NCBI GenBank assembly: GCA_017435665.1
Contig: JAFSEP010000043.1
Span: 2,004-66,003 of the forward strand
Length of the DNA: 64,000 nucleotides
Origin: Clostridia bacterium
GTDB lineage: Bacteria; Bacillota; Clostridia; Oscillospirales; Acutalibacteraceae
Direction of reading: 5' to 3'
Of the stretch, positions 47,613 to 57,797 are shown piece after piece. The stretch's first letter is position 1, and each line of letters begins with the position of its first letter. The notes under the pieces were generated by a model. It had not been told where the DNA came from, searched no databases, and saw only the letters and a program-made list of their open reading frames with translations. The translations under genes were made by a program, and so were the position numbers.

Positions 47613-50072
47613 TCACGCAAGACTTTCGGGATTCATATCAATGCTTACGCTGACATTTCTGAACTCCTTGTTTTTCGAAAACCTTACAAGTAAATCCTTC
47701 ATCATCAGACGAAAATCCTTATTGTTTCTGCATTTTACGATTATTCTGTATCTGTATTTATTATTTATTTTCGATATTCTCGGAGACATCGGTCCGAGCA
47801 CCATAACCTTGGTGTCTCTGTACGTTTCCTTTGTTGCCTCCTGAATTCCGAAAAGGAAGCACCTTGCTGAGGAAAGAGCCTCATATTCCTTGTCGCTGCT
47901 GAAATTAATTGAGCAGATATCGCAGAATGGCGGATAAACCATAAACTTTCTTATATAGATTTCATTTTCATAAAACGCCTCATAATCCTGTCTCTGCGCC
48001 ATATGAATGACGGAATTATCAGGGTTTATTGTCTGTATAATCGCTCTTCCCTTGGTATCTCCCCTGCCTGCTCTGCCCACAACCTGAGTCAGCAGGTCAA
48101 AGGCTCTTTCACTGCTCATAAAGTCATCGCCGTTAAGCTCCTGGTCAGCAAGAAGAACACCCACAAGGGTAACCTTATCAAAGTCCAGTCCCTTTGCTAC
48201 CATCTGTGTGCCGAGAAGGATGTCGTATTCCCCTCTTGCGAAAGCGCTGAGCTTATCCTCATGTGCATACCGTGAAAGAGTTGAATCCGTATCCATTCGC
48301 ACAACTCTTGCTTCAGGCAAAAGCTCCTTGATTTCATCTTCGATTTTCTGTGTTCCGCTTCCCGAAAAACGCACCCCGGGCTTGTGACATTCGGGGCAGT
48401 TCTTATCCATTATCTCGGAATACCCGCAGTAATGGCACATCAGCCTTCCGTTGTCTCTGTGATAGGAAAGAGAAACACTGCAGGAGGGACATACCCTTAC
48501 ATGACCACATTCATCGCAGGAAGCAAAGGTGTTATATCCCCGTCTGTTTATAAGCAGAATTGACTGATATCCCTCGTTGAGATTTTTCTCAAGCTGCTCA
48601 AGCAAGGGACTGCTTATTGAATACTTGTTTCCGTTTTTGCGCTCCTGTCTCATATTGACAACGGTTACCTGAGGCAGATTAGCCTTTCCGTAACGTTTTG
48701 TCAGCCTTTCAAGAGAATATCTGCCGTTCTGAGCATAGGTATAGCTCTCCATGCTGGGTGTTGCAGATGCGAGGACAAGCAAAGCCTTATTATATGATGC
48801 CCTGTATTTCGCAACATCTCTGGCGTGAAATTTAGGATTTTGCTCGGATTTATAAGTATGCTCCTGCTCCTCATCCATGATGATAAGACCGAGATTTTCG
48901 AAGGGTGCAAAAACCGCAGAGCGTGTACCCACGGCAATCATTGCATCGCCGTTTTTCACACGCTTCCACTCATCATATCTTTCACCTACGGAAAGTCCGC
49001 TGTGGAAAGCGGCGACCTTGTCTCCGTATCTTCCCTTAAACAGGGCAAGCAAAGACGGAGTAAGAGATATTTCGGGCACCATTACAATGACGCCCTTGTT
49101 TTCCTTTATCACCGTATCTATAAGGCTGATATAAACAGAGGTTTTACCGCTTCCCGTCACACCGAAAAGCAGACTGCAGCCACCACCGTTACGGTATTTT
49201 TCTATCATATTATCGTAAGCCTTCTGCTGTTCGTCAGTGAGAACAATTTCTCTGTCCGCATCCTTTGCGGTCATTCTGACCTCAGGCTTTCTGTATGTTT
49301 CAACATTGAACGTTTCAACAATTCCTCTTGCAGTCAGCGTTTTGATAACCGCAGGGGTTGTACCCGTAAAATAGCAGACCTCCTTAACGGAAGCCGAGCC
49401 GATATCCCTGAGAAGATTGACAATGCTTTTCTGTTTGGGCGTAAGCTTTAATCCGTCTTCCTCAGCTTCTTCCTCGCTTACACAAAGCCTTACCATCTTT
49501 TCGGTGGCATCACCGATTTTTCTCACGGTATCGTAATTCCGCAGAAGAAATCCTCCTGCGGTCATTTCATCGAGAAGCCTTGATTTTTCATCAAGACCGA
49601 ACAGGCTGTGCAGCTCCTCACGGTCAGCATAATCGCCTTTCTCCTGAAGGAAATCATAAATGGCTCTCTGCGTTTCCCCCAGCTTATCTGCTTCTTCCTT
49701 TTTGGAGCTGAGAGAAATATACTTTATCTGTATTTTCAGGTTTATACCCGTAGGTAATTGCACCTTTGCACCCTCATAGCAGGTGCAGAAGGTTCTTTCG
49801 TGAAGCCATTTTGCAAGAGAAAGCGCTTCATTGTTAAGAAGCGGTGCCTTATCAAGCACCGCTATAATCTCCTTGAGTCTGTTTTTCTCCACAGCCTCTC
49901 CGAGAGAAAAAACAATACCCTGTCTTTCAGTTTTTGAGGTACCGAATTTAATCATAACACGGCACCCGGGTTTAACCTCATTTATAAGTCTTTCAGGCAC
50001 AAGATAAGTATACAGCATATCAAAGCTGTATGCTGTATTTTCAACTGCAACTTGAGCAACAGTATAGGTCAT
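47613..50072 (-). CDS. priA: Primosomal protein N' (PriA helicase)
   Basis: GVTGSGKT, MDEEQEH, and a Cys-rich zinc insertion (CDECGHVRVCPSCSVSLSYH...CHYCGY...CPEC). Confidence 0.9.
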   Translation of the reverse strand: MTYTVAQVAVENTAYSFDMLYTYLVPERLINEVKPGCRVMIKFGTSKTERQGIVFSLGEAVEKNRLKEIIAVLDKAPLLNNEALSLAKWLHERTFCTCYEGAKVQLPTGINLKIQIKYISLSSKKEEADKLGETQRAIYDFLQEKGDYADREELHSLFGLDEKSRLLDEMTAGGFLLRNYDTVRKIGDATEKMVRLCVSEEEAEEDGLKLTPKQKSIVNLLRDIGSASVKEVCYFTGTTPAVIKTLTARGIVETFNVETYRKPEVRMTAKDADREIVLTDEQQKAYDNMIEKYRNGGGCSLLFGVTGSGKTSVYISLIDTVIKENKGVIVMVPEISLTPSLLALFKGRYGDKVAAFHSGLSVGERYDEWKRVKNGDAMIAVGTRSAVFAPFENLGLIIMDEEQEHTYKSEQNPKFHARDVAKYRASYNKALLVLASATPSMESYTYAQNGRYSLERLTKRYGKANLPQVTVVNMRQERKNGNKYSISSPLLEQLEKNLNEGYQSILLINRRGYNTFASCDECGHVRVCPSCSVSLSYHRDNGRLMCHYCGYSEIMDKNCPECHKPGVRFSGSGTQKIEDEIKELLPEARVVRMDTDSTLSRYAHEDKLSAFARGEYDILLGTQMVAKGLDFDKVTLVGVLLADQELNGDDFMSSERAFDLLTQVVGRAGRGDTKGRAIIQTINPDNSVIHMAQRQDYEAFYENEIYIRKFMVYPPFCDICSINFSSDKEYEALSSARCFLFGIQEATKETYRDTKVMVLGPMSPRISKINNKYRYRIIVKCRNNKDFRLMMKDLLVRFSKNKEFRNVSVSIDMNPESLA

Positions 50073-50089
50073 CTTGTACCTCCGTCAAA

Positions 50090-50299
50090 TCAGATGTTTC
50101 TTATTTCTTCCGGCTCAACAATTCTGAGCTTGCCTTCGATTAATTCATCAAGAGCGTATGTAACCGGCTTCTCTGTGCCGATTTTTTCAGCCATATCCCT
50201 ATCCTCTGAAATCTCTCTTGCTCTTTTTGCAACAGCGATTACAACAGAATAACGGCTTGTTTTGTCCTTTAATATCTCTTTTAAATTGGGATTAAGCAT
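50090..50299 (-). CDS. rpoZ: RNA polymerase omega subunit
   Basis: 69 aa with SRYSVVIAVAKRAREI. gmk-rpoZ synteny. Confidence 0.8.
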   Translation of the reverse strand: MLNPNLKEILKDKTSRYSVVIAVAKRAREISEDRDMAEKIGTEKPVTYALDELIEGKLRIVEPEEIRNI

Positions 50300-50951
50300 T
50301 GCTGATTACCTCACTTATCAAATTTATCATATTGTCTTTTTTGAACTGTTCGGCAGAACAGTCTGTTATTTCCATATCGTTGTTCTTTTCAAGCTCATAG
50401 TTACAGATCGAAAGCACATTTTCAACTGCAATGTCAAGCTCGTCATTGATTATAATATAGTCATATTCGCTTGCTCTTTTGATTTCATCGTGAGCTATTG
50501 AAAGTCTGCACTGAATAGCTTCCTCGTCCTCGGTTCCTCTTTTTCTGAGTCTTTCCTCAAGAACGGTCATTGACGGAGGAAGTACAAATATACTTTTTGC
50601 TTCGGGGAAACGTTCTCTCACCTGAGCTGCTCCCTGAACCTCAATAATAAGAAAAACTATCTTTCCTTCGTTAAGCCAGTTCTTTACCGGACCCACGGGT
50701 GTGCCGTAATAATTGGGACCGTATTTTGCATATTCAAGCAGACGGTTTTCCGAAATACGTCTCTCAAAGCCCTCAACGTCAACAAAGAAATAATCAATTC
50801 CGTCTCTTTCGCCGGATCTGGGCTTTCTTGTGGTCATGGATATTGAGAGCTTTGCGTCCTCTCCGTGCTGCTCGAGAACCTTTGCTATAACGGTATCCTT
50901 TCCCGTTGCCGATGCACCGGATATAATAAACAGAATTCCTTTTTTATTCAT
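50292..50951 (-). CDS. gmk: Guanylate kinase
   Basis: P-loop [27 protein letters not shown] chose the MNKKG start at 50951 (GAGGAG 7 nt upstream). The track ORF extends to 50981. Confidence 0.85.
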   Translation of the reverse strand: MNKKGILFIISGASATGKDTVIAKVLEQHGEDAKLSISMTTRKPRSGERDGIDYFFVDVEGFERRISENRLLEYAKYGPNYYGTPVGPVKNWLNEGKIVFLIIEVQGAAQVRERFPEAKSIFVLPPSMTVLEERLRKRGTEDEEAIQCRLSIAHDEIKRASEYDYIIINDELDIAVENVLSICNYELEKNNDMEITDCSAEQFKKDNMINLISEVISNA

Positions 50952-51210
50952 CATCATACTCCTCTGCATCGTCATATTCATTGCTCAGTCTGTTTGCTAC
51001 AGTTTCAGACTGTAAATAGGTCAATATAACGTGGTCATTGTCTGTTATAAGAACTGCTCTTGTTCTTCTTCCGTGAGTGGCATCAATCAGCGTACCCTTT
51101 TCTTTGCTTTCCTGAATAATTCTCTTTATGGGTGCCGATTCCGGACTGACTATTGCAAGGAGCTTATTAGCGTTAACCATATTGCCGAAACCGATGTTAA
51201 CAAGCTTCAT
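50944..51210 (-). CDS. remA: RemA/DUF370-family regulator
   Basis: [34 protein letters not shown]...[14 protein letters not shown]. Confidence 0.85.
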   Translation of the reverse strand: MKLVNIGFGNMVNANKLLAIVSPESAPIKRIIQESKEKGTLIDATHGRRTRAVLITDNDHVILTYLQSETVANRLSNEYDDAEEYDDE

Positions 51211-51230
51211 ATATTATTCCTCCAATGAGC

Positions 51231-52109
51231 TTATTCAATATTCTGAACCTGCTCTCTGATTTTTTCAACCTCTGCCTTTATATTGATAACTCTTTTAGCT
51301 ATCTCTACATCCTGAGCCTTTGAGCCTATGGTGTTTGCCTCACGGTTGATTTCCTGAACGAGGAAGTCGGTCTTTCTGCCTATTGCCTCCTCACTTTCCA
51401 TAAACTCACGAAGCTGTGCAATATGACTGCGAAGTCTGACGGTTTCCTCTGCAACGGCAATCTTATCAGCGTAAATTGCGGCTTCCGTAAGCACTCTCTG
51501 CTCGTCGACGTGAACATCACCGAGAACATCTCTCATTCTTGAAAGGAGCTTCTCGTTATATTCTCTGACTGTTTCGGGCGATCTTTCCTCAACATATGAT
51601 ACACATTCAAGGATGGTATTGCATCTTGAAAGAATATCCTCTCTGAGCTTTTCACCCTCGATTTTTCTCATTTCAACAAAAGCCTCAACCGCCTGTCCGA
51701 GAACGGTTTTCACCGCATTCCAGATTCTTTCTTCATCTGCTTCTGCCTTATGAACGGAAAAAATATCCTGATATCTTGATAAAAGCGATACGGATATATC
51801 ATTTTTAAGCTCAAATCTTTCGGCAAGATTTTTCAGAGCTTCGTAATATCCGCTTGCAAGTGAATAATTCACTTCAACAATACTGTCTTCCATTTCAAGA
51901 GCTTCAATCTGAACATAGCACTCAACCTTACCTCTTGCAACCTCGGACTGAACGTATGACTTTATTTTTTCCTCAAGGAAGCCGTATACACGGGGAACCC
52001 TTGATGAAAACTCAAAATATCTGTGATTGACACTTTTTATCTCAACGGTAATGCTCATACCGTCAATTATCTGCTGTTTTCTGCCATAGCCGGTCATACT
52101 TTTAATCAT
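51231..52109 (-). CDS. yicC: YicC-family stress-induced protein
   Basis: MIKSMTGYG N-terminus and C-terminal EINREANTIGSKA. Confidence 0.85.
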   Translation of the reverse strand: MIKSMTGYGRKQQIIDGMSITVEIKSVNHRYFEFSSRVPRVYGFLEEKIKSYVQSEVARGKVECYVQIEALEMEDSIVEVNYSLASGYYEALKNLAERFELKNDISVSLLSRYQDIFSVHKAEADEERIWNAVKTVLGQAVEAFVEMRKIEGEKLREDILSRCNTILECVSYVEERSPETVREYNEKLLSRMRDVLGDVHVDEQRVLTEAAIYADKIAVAEETVRLRSHIAQLREFMESEEAIGRKTDFLVQEINREANTIGSKAQDVEIAKRVINIKAEVEKIREQVQNIE

Positions 52110-52163
52110 TGCTTTTCCCCTTTTAAAAACAGTAGTTTTTTACGTCTGTCTTTTAACCTATCT

Positions 52164-52192
52164 ATTATATTATAAATATGCGTTTTTGTCAA
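52164..52192 (-). promoter_or_regulatory. Consensus promoter for the yicC-remA-gmk-rpoZ cluster
   Basis: Minus strand TTGACA (52187-52192, overlapping the upstream stop codon), 17 nt, TATAAT (52164-52169). Confidence 0.6.
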
Positions 52193-52545
52193 ATTTCTTC
52201 TCCGCAGCAACAGCTGCCCATAAGAAGCGTGGGAATATCGTTTACGTAGCTTGTCCCGTCAAAGATGAAGTTCATTGACTTTGCAACCTCGTCGCAGCTT
52301 TTATCGGAAAGTCTGCCCATATATGCATTGACACCTACACCGTAATTGTAGCAGGCACGAAGAAGTCCCTGAGCAATATAAAGCTTGTCCTTGGGGTATT
52401 CCAGCTTATAAACATCACAGTAAAGCATATCTGTCCTGAAATATGCTCTGCCTGCAAGCTCATCGTTTTCAAACGCATTGTAAACTACGCTGCCCTCGTG
52501 CTCTTTGAGTATGCTTTCATCAGTTTCCGGTTTAAATATAATCAT
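52189..52545 (-). CDS. Hypothetical 118-aa protein
   Basis: Complete ORF co-oriented with and tightly packed after rluB. No motif recognised. C-terminus LLMGSCCCGEEI. Confidence 0.5.
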   Translation of the reverse strand: MIIFKPETDESILKEHEGSVVYNAFENDELAGRAYFRTDMLYCDVYKLEYPKDKLYIAQGLLRACYNYGVGVNAYMGRLSDKSCDEVAKSMNFIFDGTSYVNDIPTLLMGSCCCGEEI

Positions 52546-52549
52546 TTCA

Positions 52550-53296
52550 TCACCTGTATTTCTTTCTGTTAATTGATGTGTTTGACATCAGCTTATGTAC
52601 TTCGTCCTCCGTAAGCTCTCTCCATTTACCCTGAGGAAGCATACCCAGCTTGATTGTTCCGATTGCAGTTCTCTTGAGCCTTGCAACCTCAAGTCCGAGA
52701 GACTCGCACATTTTTCTTATCTGTCTGTTTCTGCCTTCATAAAGGACGATTTCAATAACAACTCTGCCCTCTTCTCTTGTGAGAACCCTGACCTCTGCCG
52801 GTGCAGTTTTTCTGCCCTCAAGCATAATACCGGTAGTCAGTGCAGTAATCTGCTCGTCGGTTATGGAGGGCCTTACGGTTACTCTGTATGTCTTGGGCAC
52901 GTGCTTCGTGGGATGAGTCATAGCGTTTGCGAACTCACCGTCATTTGTCATAAGAAGCATACCCTCGGAATCTCTGTCAAGACGCCCTACGGGATATACT
53001 CTTGCGTTTACGTCCTTGATAAGCTCGGCTACGCACTTTCTGCCCATTTCATCGCTCATTGTGGTAATAAAGCCTCTGGGCTTATGAAGGATTATATAGG
53101 TGTACTGTCTTGATTTTACAACCTTTTTACCGCTGACGGTGATATCGTCCTTCTTAGGATTGATTTTGTCGCCTATCTGCGCTACTCTGCCGTTGACCTT
53201 TACCTTGCCCTGTTCAATAAGCTCCTCGCTCTTTCTTCGGGAAGCCACACCGCATTCAGCAAGATATTTCTGAAGTCTCATTGAATTATCAGCCAT
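52550..53296 (-). CDS. rluB: rRNA pseudouridine synthase (RluB/RsuA family)
   Basis: S4 domain MRLQKYLAECGVASRRKSE and catalytic GRLDRDSEGMLL. Confidence 0.85.
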   Translation of the reverse strand: MADNSMRLQKYLAECGVASRRKSEELIEQGKVKVNGRVAQIGDKINPKKDDITVSGKKVVKSRQYTYIILHKPRGFITTMSDEMGRKCVAELIKDVNARVYPVGRLDRDSEGMLLMTNDGEFANAMTHPTKHVPKTYRVTVRPSITDEQITALTTGIMLEGRKTAPAEVRVLTREEGRVVIEIVLYEGRNRQIRKMCESLGLEVARLKRTAIGTIKLGMLPQGKWRELTEDEVHKLMSNTSINRKKYR

Positions 53297-53298
53297 TT

Positions 53299-54456
53299 TT
53301 ATTCTCCTGACAGTTTTTTATATATTTCATAAAAGAATTTCTTAACTCCGTTTTTCTCTTTTCCGTTACCGTCTCTCAGGTATGCGTCCTCGTTTGCAAT
53401 AAGAGCAGTCTCCCTTACGCATACACCGTCAACGTAAAACCTGACAAAGCCGACCTGCTCCCCCTTTTTTACGGGAGCATAAAGGAATTTATCCGTATAA
53501 ATCTTTGTCTGCACACCAATGTGCTCCGAGGTGAAAATCTCGGGTATGTACTGTGCAGAAGCAATGATACTGCCCTTGTCGCTTCCCGTAACCCTGATAA
53601 GCGTATCAAACGTATCGGTAATTCGGGAAAATTTGCCCTTGCTAAAGCAGTAATCATAGAGCTTTTTGTGGTCGTTCCAGTCATCAGCCGCATTAAGCGT
53701 GACAGCAATAACAAGATTTCCGTTTTTCTCAACGGCAGTCACAAGACATCGGCCGCTTTTTTTGGTAAAGCCCGTTTTTACACCGCAGGCACCCTCATAC
53801 ATCGACAGAAATCTGTTATGGTTATAATAGGTATGTGTAACAGCGGGAGAAATATAGTCAACCTCACCTTTTTTACTTGAAACCAACCTCCTGAAATCAG
53901 GGTTACGCATAGCGTATGAGGTCAGAAGTGCCATATCGTATGCCGAGGTGTAATGCTCATCGTCATCAAGCCCTGATGCCGTGACGAAATTTGTGTCCCT
54001 CATCCCGAGGCTTATTGCCTTGCTGTTCATCATATCGGCAAAGCCTTCTTCGCTTCCGCCGAGGAAAACTGCTACTGCGTTTGCAGCATCATTGCCCGAA
54101 AGAAGCATCATACCTGAAACAAGATTGCGCAATGTCAGTCTGTTACCCTTCTGAAGCCCCATTGAAGTGCCTTCAACACGTATCATACCGTCATTCACGG
54201 TCACCACATCATCAAGCCTTCCGCTTTCAAGGGCTATAACCGCCGTCATTATCTTTGTGGTGCTTGCCATAGAGCGCCGTTTATAAGCATCCTTTTCATA
54301 AAGAATTTCACCGGAATCGGCAACAAAAACAACAGCCGATGCCGCAGATACCTCCAAAGCTTCTGTTTTTGAGGTAAATATACCTGCAACAAGCACCGTA
54401 ATAAGCAAAAATAAAACTGTTTTTTTACGCAACAATGCAACCACCTGCCAAATCAA
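53299..54456 (-). CDS. dacB: D-alanyl-D-alanine carboxypeptidase (PBP5/DacB-like)
   Basis: SMASTTK (SxxK), SGND, KTGFT. Non-ATG start (TTG at 54456, or TTG near 54429-54432 after AGGTGG). Confidence 0.8.
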   Translation of the reverse strand: MIWQVVALLRKKTVLFLLITVLVAGIFTSKTEALEVSAASAVVFVADSGEILYEKDAYKRRSMASTTKIMTAVIALESGRLDDVVTVNDGMIRVEGTSMGLQKGNRLTLRNLVSGMMLLSGNDAANAVAVFLGGSEEGFADMMNSKAISLGMRDTNFVTASGLDDDEHYTSAYDMALLTSYAMRNPDFRRLVSSKKGEVDYISPAVTHTYYNHNRFLSMYEGACGVKTGFTKKSGRCLVTAVEKNGNLVIAVTLNAADDWNDHKKLYDYCFSKGKFSRITDTFDTLIRVTGSDKGSIIASAQYIPEIFTSEHIGVQTKIYTDKFLYAPVKKGEQVGFVRFYVDGVCVRETALIANEDAYLRDGNGKEKNGVKKFFYEIYKKLSGE

Positions 54457-54506
54457 GCATATGCAGATGGTTGCAAAATTATTATTGTGTCAATTATATA
54501 AGGCTA

Positions 54507-54920
54507 TTATAAATCGCTTGCACCTTCGTCTGCTGCAGGAGCTGCGCTTTCCTTCTTTACCTTATCCATAAGACCTGTAACCTTATCAAACATTTCGGGA
54601 ACAAGGTTAACAACTCTTTCGGCAGCATTGTCATAAGCTGTGATATGCTTGAGCGAAACCTCACCCTTGTTTACGATAAGGAATGCAACGGGAGTGATTG
54701 TCACACCTGCACCGCCGCCACCGCCGAATAACTCTGTGTTATTCTTTGAGGGGAAGTCTGAACCGCCTGAAGCGAAGCCGTAGGTAACCTTTGAAACAGG
54801 AATAATTGTTACATCAACGCCTGTCTGAATGGGCTCACCGATAATTGTGCTTGTATCAACAAGATCACGGATTTTTTCGATTGTTGAGGCTAAGATTGAG
54901 CCTGCTGACTGTTCTTTCAT
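54507..54920 (-). CDS. ytfJ: Sporulation protein YtfJ/GerW family
   Basis: GGGGGAGVTITPVAFLIV core and size. Confidence 0.8.
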   Translation of the reverse strand: MKEQSAGSILASTIEKIRDLVDTSTIIGEPIQTGVDVTIIPVSKVTYGFASGGSDFPSKNNTELFGGGGGAGVTITPVAFLIVNKGEVSLKHITAYDNAAERVVNLVPEMFDKVTGLMDKVKKESAAPAADEGASDL

Positions 54921-54949
54921 ATTGAATTCTTCCTTTCTGAGAGAGGCCT

Positions 54950-55642
54950 TCAGACAGTTTCCTGTGCTGATGGCTGTTTTGTTTCTTCTTTTGATTTATT
55001 ATTAAGTAAAAACTTTAATACCACCTTGAAAATAAGCTCGAATACCAGAATGAGCACGGCATTTATAAGCTTTCGGGGGTTAAGCCTGAGATCTGCATAA
55101 AAGGTTCCCGTGTTGTGATTTGCAAGGAAATCAGGTTCAACGTTAACACTGTATGTTTTAACCTTCATAGTGGAGCATACAAGACCGCAGACAGGAAAGA
55201 CCTTCCTGCAGGTTTCACCGTATTCCAGAGCCGTCCTTGCCGCATCTCCCTTGCCGACTGTTATGTCTATATCGAAGTTTTCAACGGTAAATGCCTTGAA
55301 AATCCTCTTGAACATTGAGCCGAGGGCTCTGCCCAGATTACCGAGAAGCTGCATAAGGCCATCATAGCCCTGAGCCTTCACCATTGTAAGAATGGGGTTT
55401 TCTCCCTCTTTCTTAGGCTTTTCTTCTTTCGGCTTTTCCTCCTGCGGCTTTTCTTCCTCAGGAGCCTTTTCCTTCTTGGGCTTCTTCTCCTTCTCCTCAA
55501 AGGGAAGAACGTTAAAGCTGACAAACAGCCATTTAACCCTCAGATTAAGGTATTCGTCATATTCCAATTCAAGACAGAGAGGTATGGAAAGCACTGCTGC
55601 AAAGAAAACAACTATGCCGATTAATATGTATAGCGCAATCAA
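54950..55642 (-). CDS. DUF2953/YtfI-like sporulation membrane protein
   Basis: N-terminal TM and a charged EK/P-rich linker. Directly upstream of ytfJ, as ytfI is in Bacillus. Confidence 0.6.
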   Translation of the reverse strand: MIALYILIGIVVFFAAVLSIPLCLELEYDEYLNLRVKWLFVSFNVLPFEEKEKKPKKEKAPEEEKPQEEKPKEEKPKKEGENPILTMVKAQGYDGLMQLLGNLGRALGSMFKRIFKAFTVENFDIDITVGKGDAARTALEYGETCRKVFPVCGLVCSTMKVKTYSVNVEPDFLANHNTGTFYADLRLNPRKLINAVLILVFELIFKVVLKFLLNNKSKEETKQPSAQETV

Positions 55643-55716
55643 TCAATCCCCTCCTATCCTATTCTTTCGTATATGTTACATTAATTTTTGATTTTCGTCA
55701 ACCTTTTAGAGAAAAC

Positions 55717-56328
55717 TTAGTCAGTTTTCTCTTCATTTTCTTGTGCGGCTGTATCGTTTTCATTTGTTATTTCTGCCTCGGCATTATCAATTGCATCCTC
55801 CATACTCAGCTGCTGCTCAGTTCCCGGCAAAGGTGGAAGCTCATCAAGAGACGAAACGCAGAAGCAACGGAGAAACTCAGGTGTTGTTCCGTAGATAAGC
55901 GGTCTTCCCGGCAAATCAAGTCTGCCCTTTTCTTCAATGAGAGACTTCTGACAAAGAGACGCCATAACACCTGAGCAGTCAACGCCTCTTATCTGCTCAA
56001 CAAAGGACTTTGTTACGGGCTGATTATAAGCGATAATTGCAAGAACCTCAAAGGCCGCATTTGACAAAGGTGTGTTCTTCTTTATTTCAAGAACATTCCT
56101 TACATCCTGCGCATATTCCGTTCTTGTGCATAACTGATATTTATCACCAAGCCTCAGCAGGCATACACCGCTTGATCTTTCGTCAAGACTTGCGGCAAGA
56201 TGCTCGAGGACGGAAACTATTGTTTCCTCGTCTGTTTCGAGAGACTGAGACAGTCTTGATACTTCAATAGGCTCGCCCACAGCAAAAAGAATTGCCTCAA
56301 GGGTTGCCTGTAGTTTTTTTACGTTCAC
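55717..56328 (-). CDS. scpB: Segregation and condensation protein B
   Basis: LEAILFAVGEPI, IAYNQPVTK..IEQIRGV. Overlaps scpA. Confidence 0.85.
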   Translation of the reverse strand: MNVKKLQATLEAILFAVGEPIEVSRLSQSLETDEETIVSVLEHLAASLDERSSGVCLLRLGDKYQLCTRTEYAQDVRNVLEIKKNTPLSNAAFEVLAIIAYNQPVTKSFVEQIRGVDCSGVMASLCQKSLIEEKGRLDLPGRPLIYGTTPEFLRCFCVSSLDELPPLPGTEQQLSMEDAIDNAEAEITNENDTAAQENEEKTD

Positions 56329-57044
56329 TGTTCTTCTCCTTTAAGCAAAGTAACTGTCATATTGTCCTTTTCGCCGTCAACTGCAATCTGCTTGCTCTTT
56401 ACAAGCTCCAGCATCGCAAGAAACATAGCTACAAGGTCAGATTTTGTTTCAGCGTCCTCATAAAAGGAAAGGAAGCCTACACGCATTTTTCCTCTTAATT
56501 TGCTGAAAATGACGGATATCTTCGAGCCCACGGAAACAATTTTCTTGGCTACAATAGCCTTGAATACGTCTATGGGCGGCGGGAGCTTTCTCTTTCCTCT
56601 GCCCACGGCAGCGATATATGCCTTAAAAAGCTCCTCAGGCTCGTGAATTCTTGTATATGTATGGTCCTGCTCAATTTCTTCGGGCTCTCGCCAATAAAAA
56701 TCAAAGCCCTTTGCCTGCTCTGAAAGCTTACCTGCCATTATCTTACAGTCTCTGTATTCAAGCAGCTCGCCCGTAAGCTCCTTTTTAAGCTGCTCAGCCT
56801 CTTCGTAAACGGGAAGCAAGGATACCGTTTTGATATAAACAAGTCTTGCAGCCATTTCAAGAAACTCACTTGCAATGTCCATATCTGCCTCCTGCATCTG
56901 ACGGACGTAAGAGGTATACTGCTCCACAAGCTCAAAAATGGGAATATCGTTAATATTCAGTTTGTGTTTGCTGATAAGATGCAGAAGCAGGTCCATGGGG
57001 CCTTCAAACACATCTAATTTATATGATATCTTTTCCATTGTCAC
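56325..57044 (-). CDS. scpA: Segregation and condensation protein A
   Basis: FEGPMDLLLHLISKHKLNI and C-terminal FLAMLELVK. Confidence 0.85.
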   Translation of the reverse strand: MTMEKISYKLDVFEGPMDLLLHLISKHKLNINDIPIFELVEQYTSYVRQMQEADMDIASEFLEMAARLVYIKTVSLLPVYEEAEQLKKELTGELLEYRDCKIMAGKLSEQAKGFDFYWREPEEIEQDHTYTRIHEPEELFKAYIAAVGRGKRKLPPPIDVFKAIVAKKIVSVGSKISVIFSKLRGKMRVGFLSFYEDAETKSDLVAMFLAMLELVKSKQIAVDGEKDNMTVTLLKGEEQ

Positions 57045-57053
57045 CGACCTGAA

Positions 57054-57731
57054 TTAAATAAAGAATCTGAACGGGAATGCGGCAAGTCTGAACACTATGT
57101 TATAGAGAATATTGCTGAGAATACTCAAGGGTCCGTCCAGTATGCCTAAAAGTATAAGTGCCATAAAGCCGATTGCGATATATCTTTCATATCGCATAAT
57201 CTGATAGTAGTACTTATCGGGAACAAGCAGAGTTATCAGTCTCGAGCCGTCAAGGGGCGGAACGGGAATGAGATTGAACACCGCAAGGGTTATATTGATG
57301 CTTGTTGCAATCTCAAAGAACTGAACAATAGCTGCAGAAGCGCTGCTTTCGGGGGCAAAAAGACTTATAGCGATTGAAATCACCATAAATATGAATGACA
57401 TAACAATATTGGAAAGCGGACCTGCAAAGGCTGTGATTGCCATAGCAAGCTTTTTGTTCTTCATTCTGAAGTTTCTCATATTTATGGGCACGGGCTTTGC
57501 CCAGCCTACACCTGCAAACACAAGCAGGAATGCACCGTACCAGTCAACATGAGCAAGGGGCGATATCGTGAGTCTTCCCGAAAGCCTTGCCGTTTCGTCA
57601 CCCAGCTTCTGAGCAACAAAGGCATGTGCATATTCGTGTATGGGTAACACACAGAAAATTATGAACACTCTTACAAATAAATTTATAATCAGCTCCAAAG
57701 ATGAGCCGCCGCTGAACATATCAAGAATCAT
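57054..57731 (-). CDS. Site-2 protease family (M50) membrane metalloprotease
   Basis: HEYAHAF (HExxH) in a TM segment and NLIPVPPLDGS (NxxPxxxLDG). Confidence 0.75.
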   Translation of the reverse strand: MILDMFSGGSSLELIINLFVRVFIIFCVLPIHEYAHAFVAQKLGDETARLSGRLTISPLAHVDWYGAFLLVFAGVGWAKPVPINMRNFRMKNKKLAMAITAFAGPLSNIVMSFIFMVISIAISLFAPESSASAAIVQFFEIATSINITLAVFNLIPVPPLDGSRLITLLVPDKYYYQIMRYERYIAIGFMALILLGILDGPLSILSNILYNIVFRLAAFPFRFFI

Positions 57732-57797
57732 ATTATCCTGCCTTTCCGCTTCTTTAAAGAAGCTTTTCTGTTTATTCCTCTTCTTTCTGAACTGATT

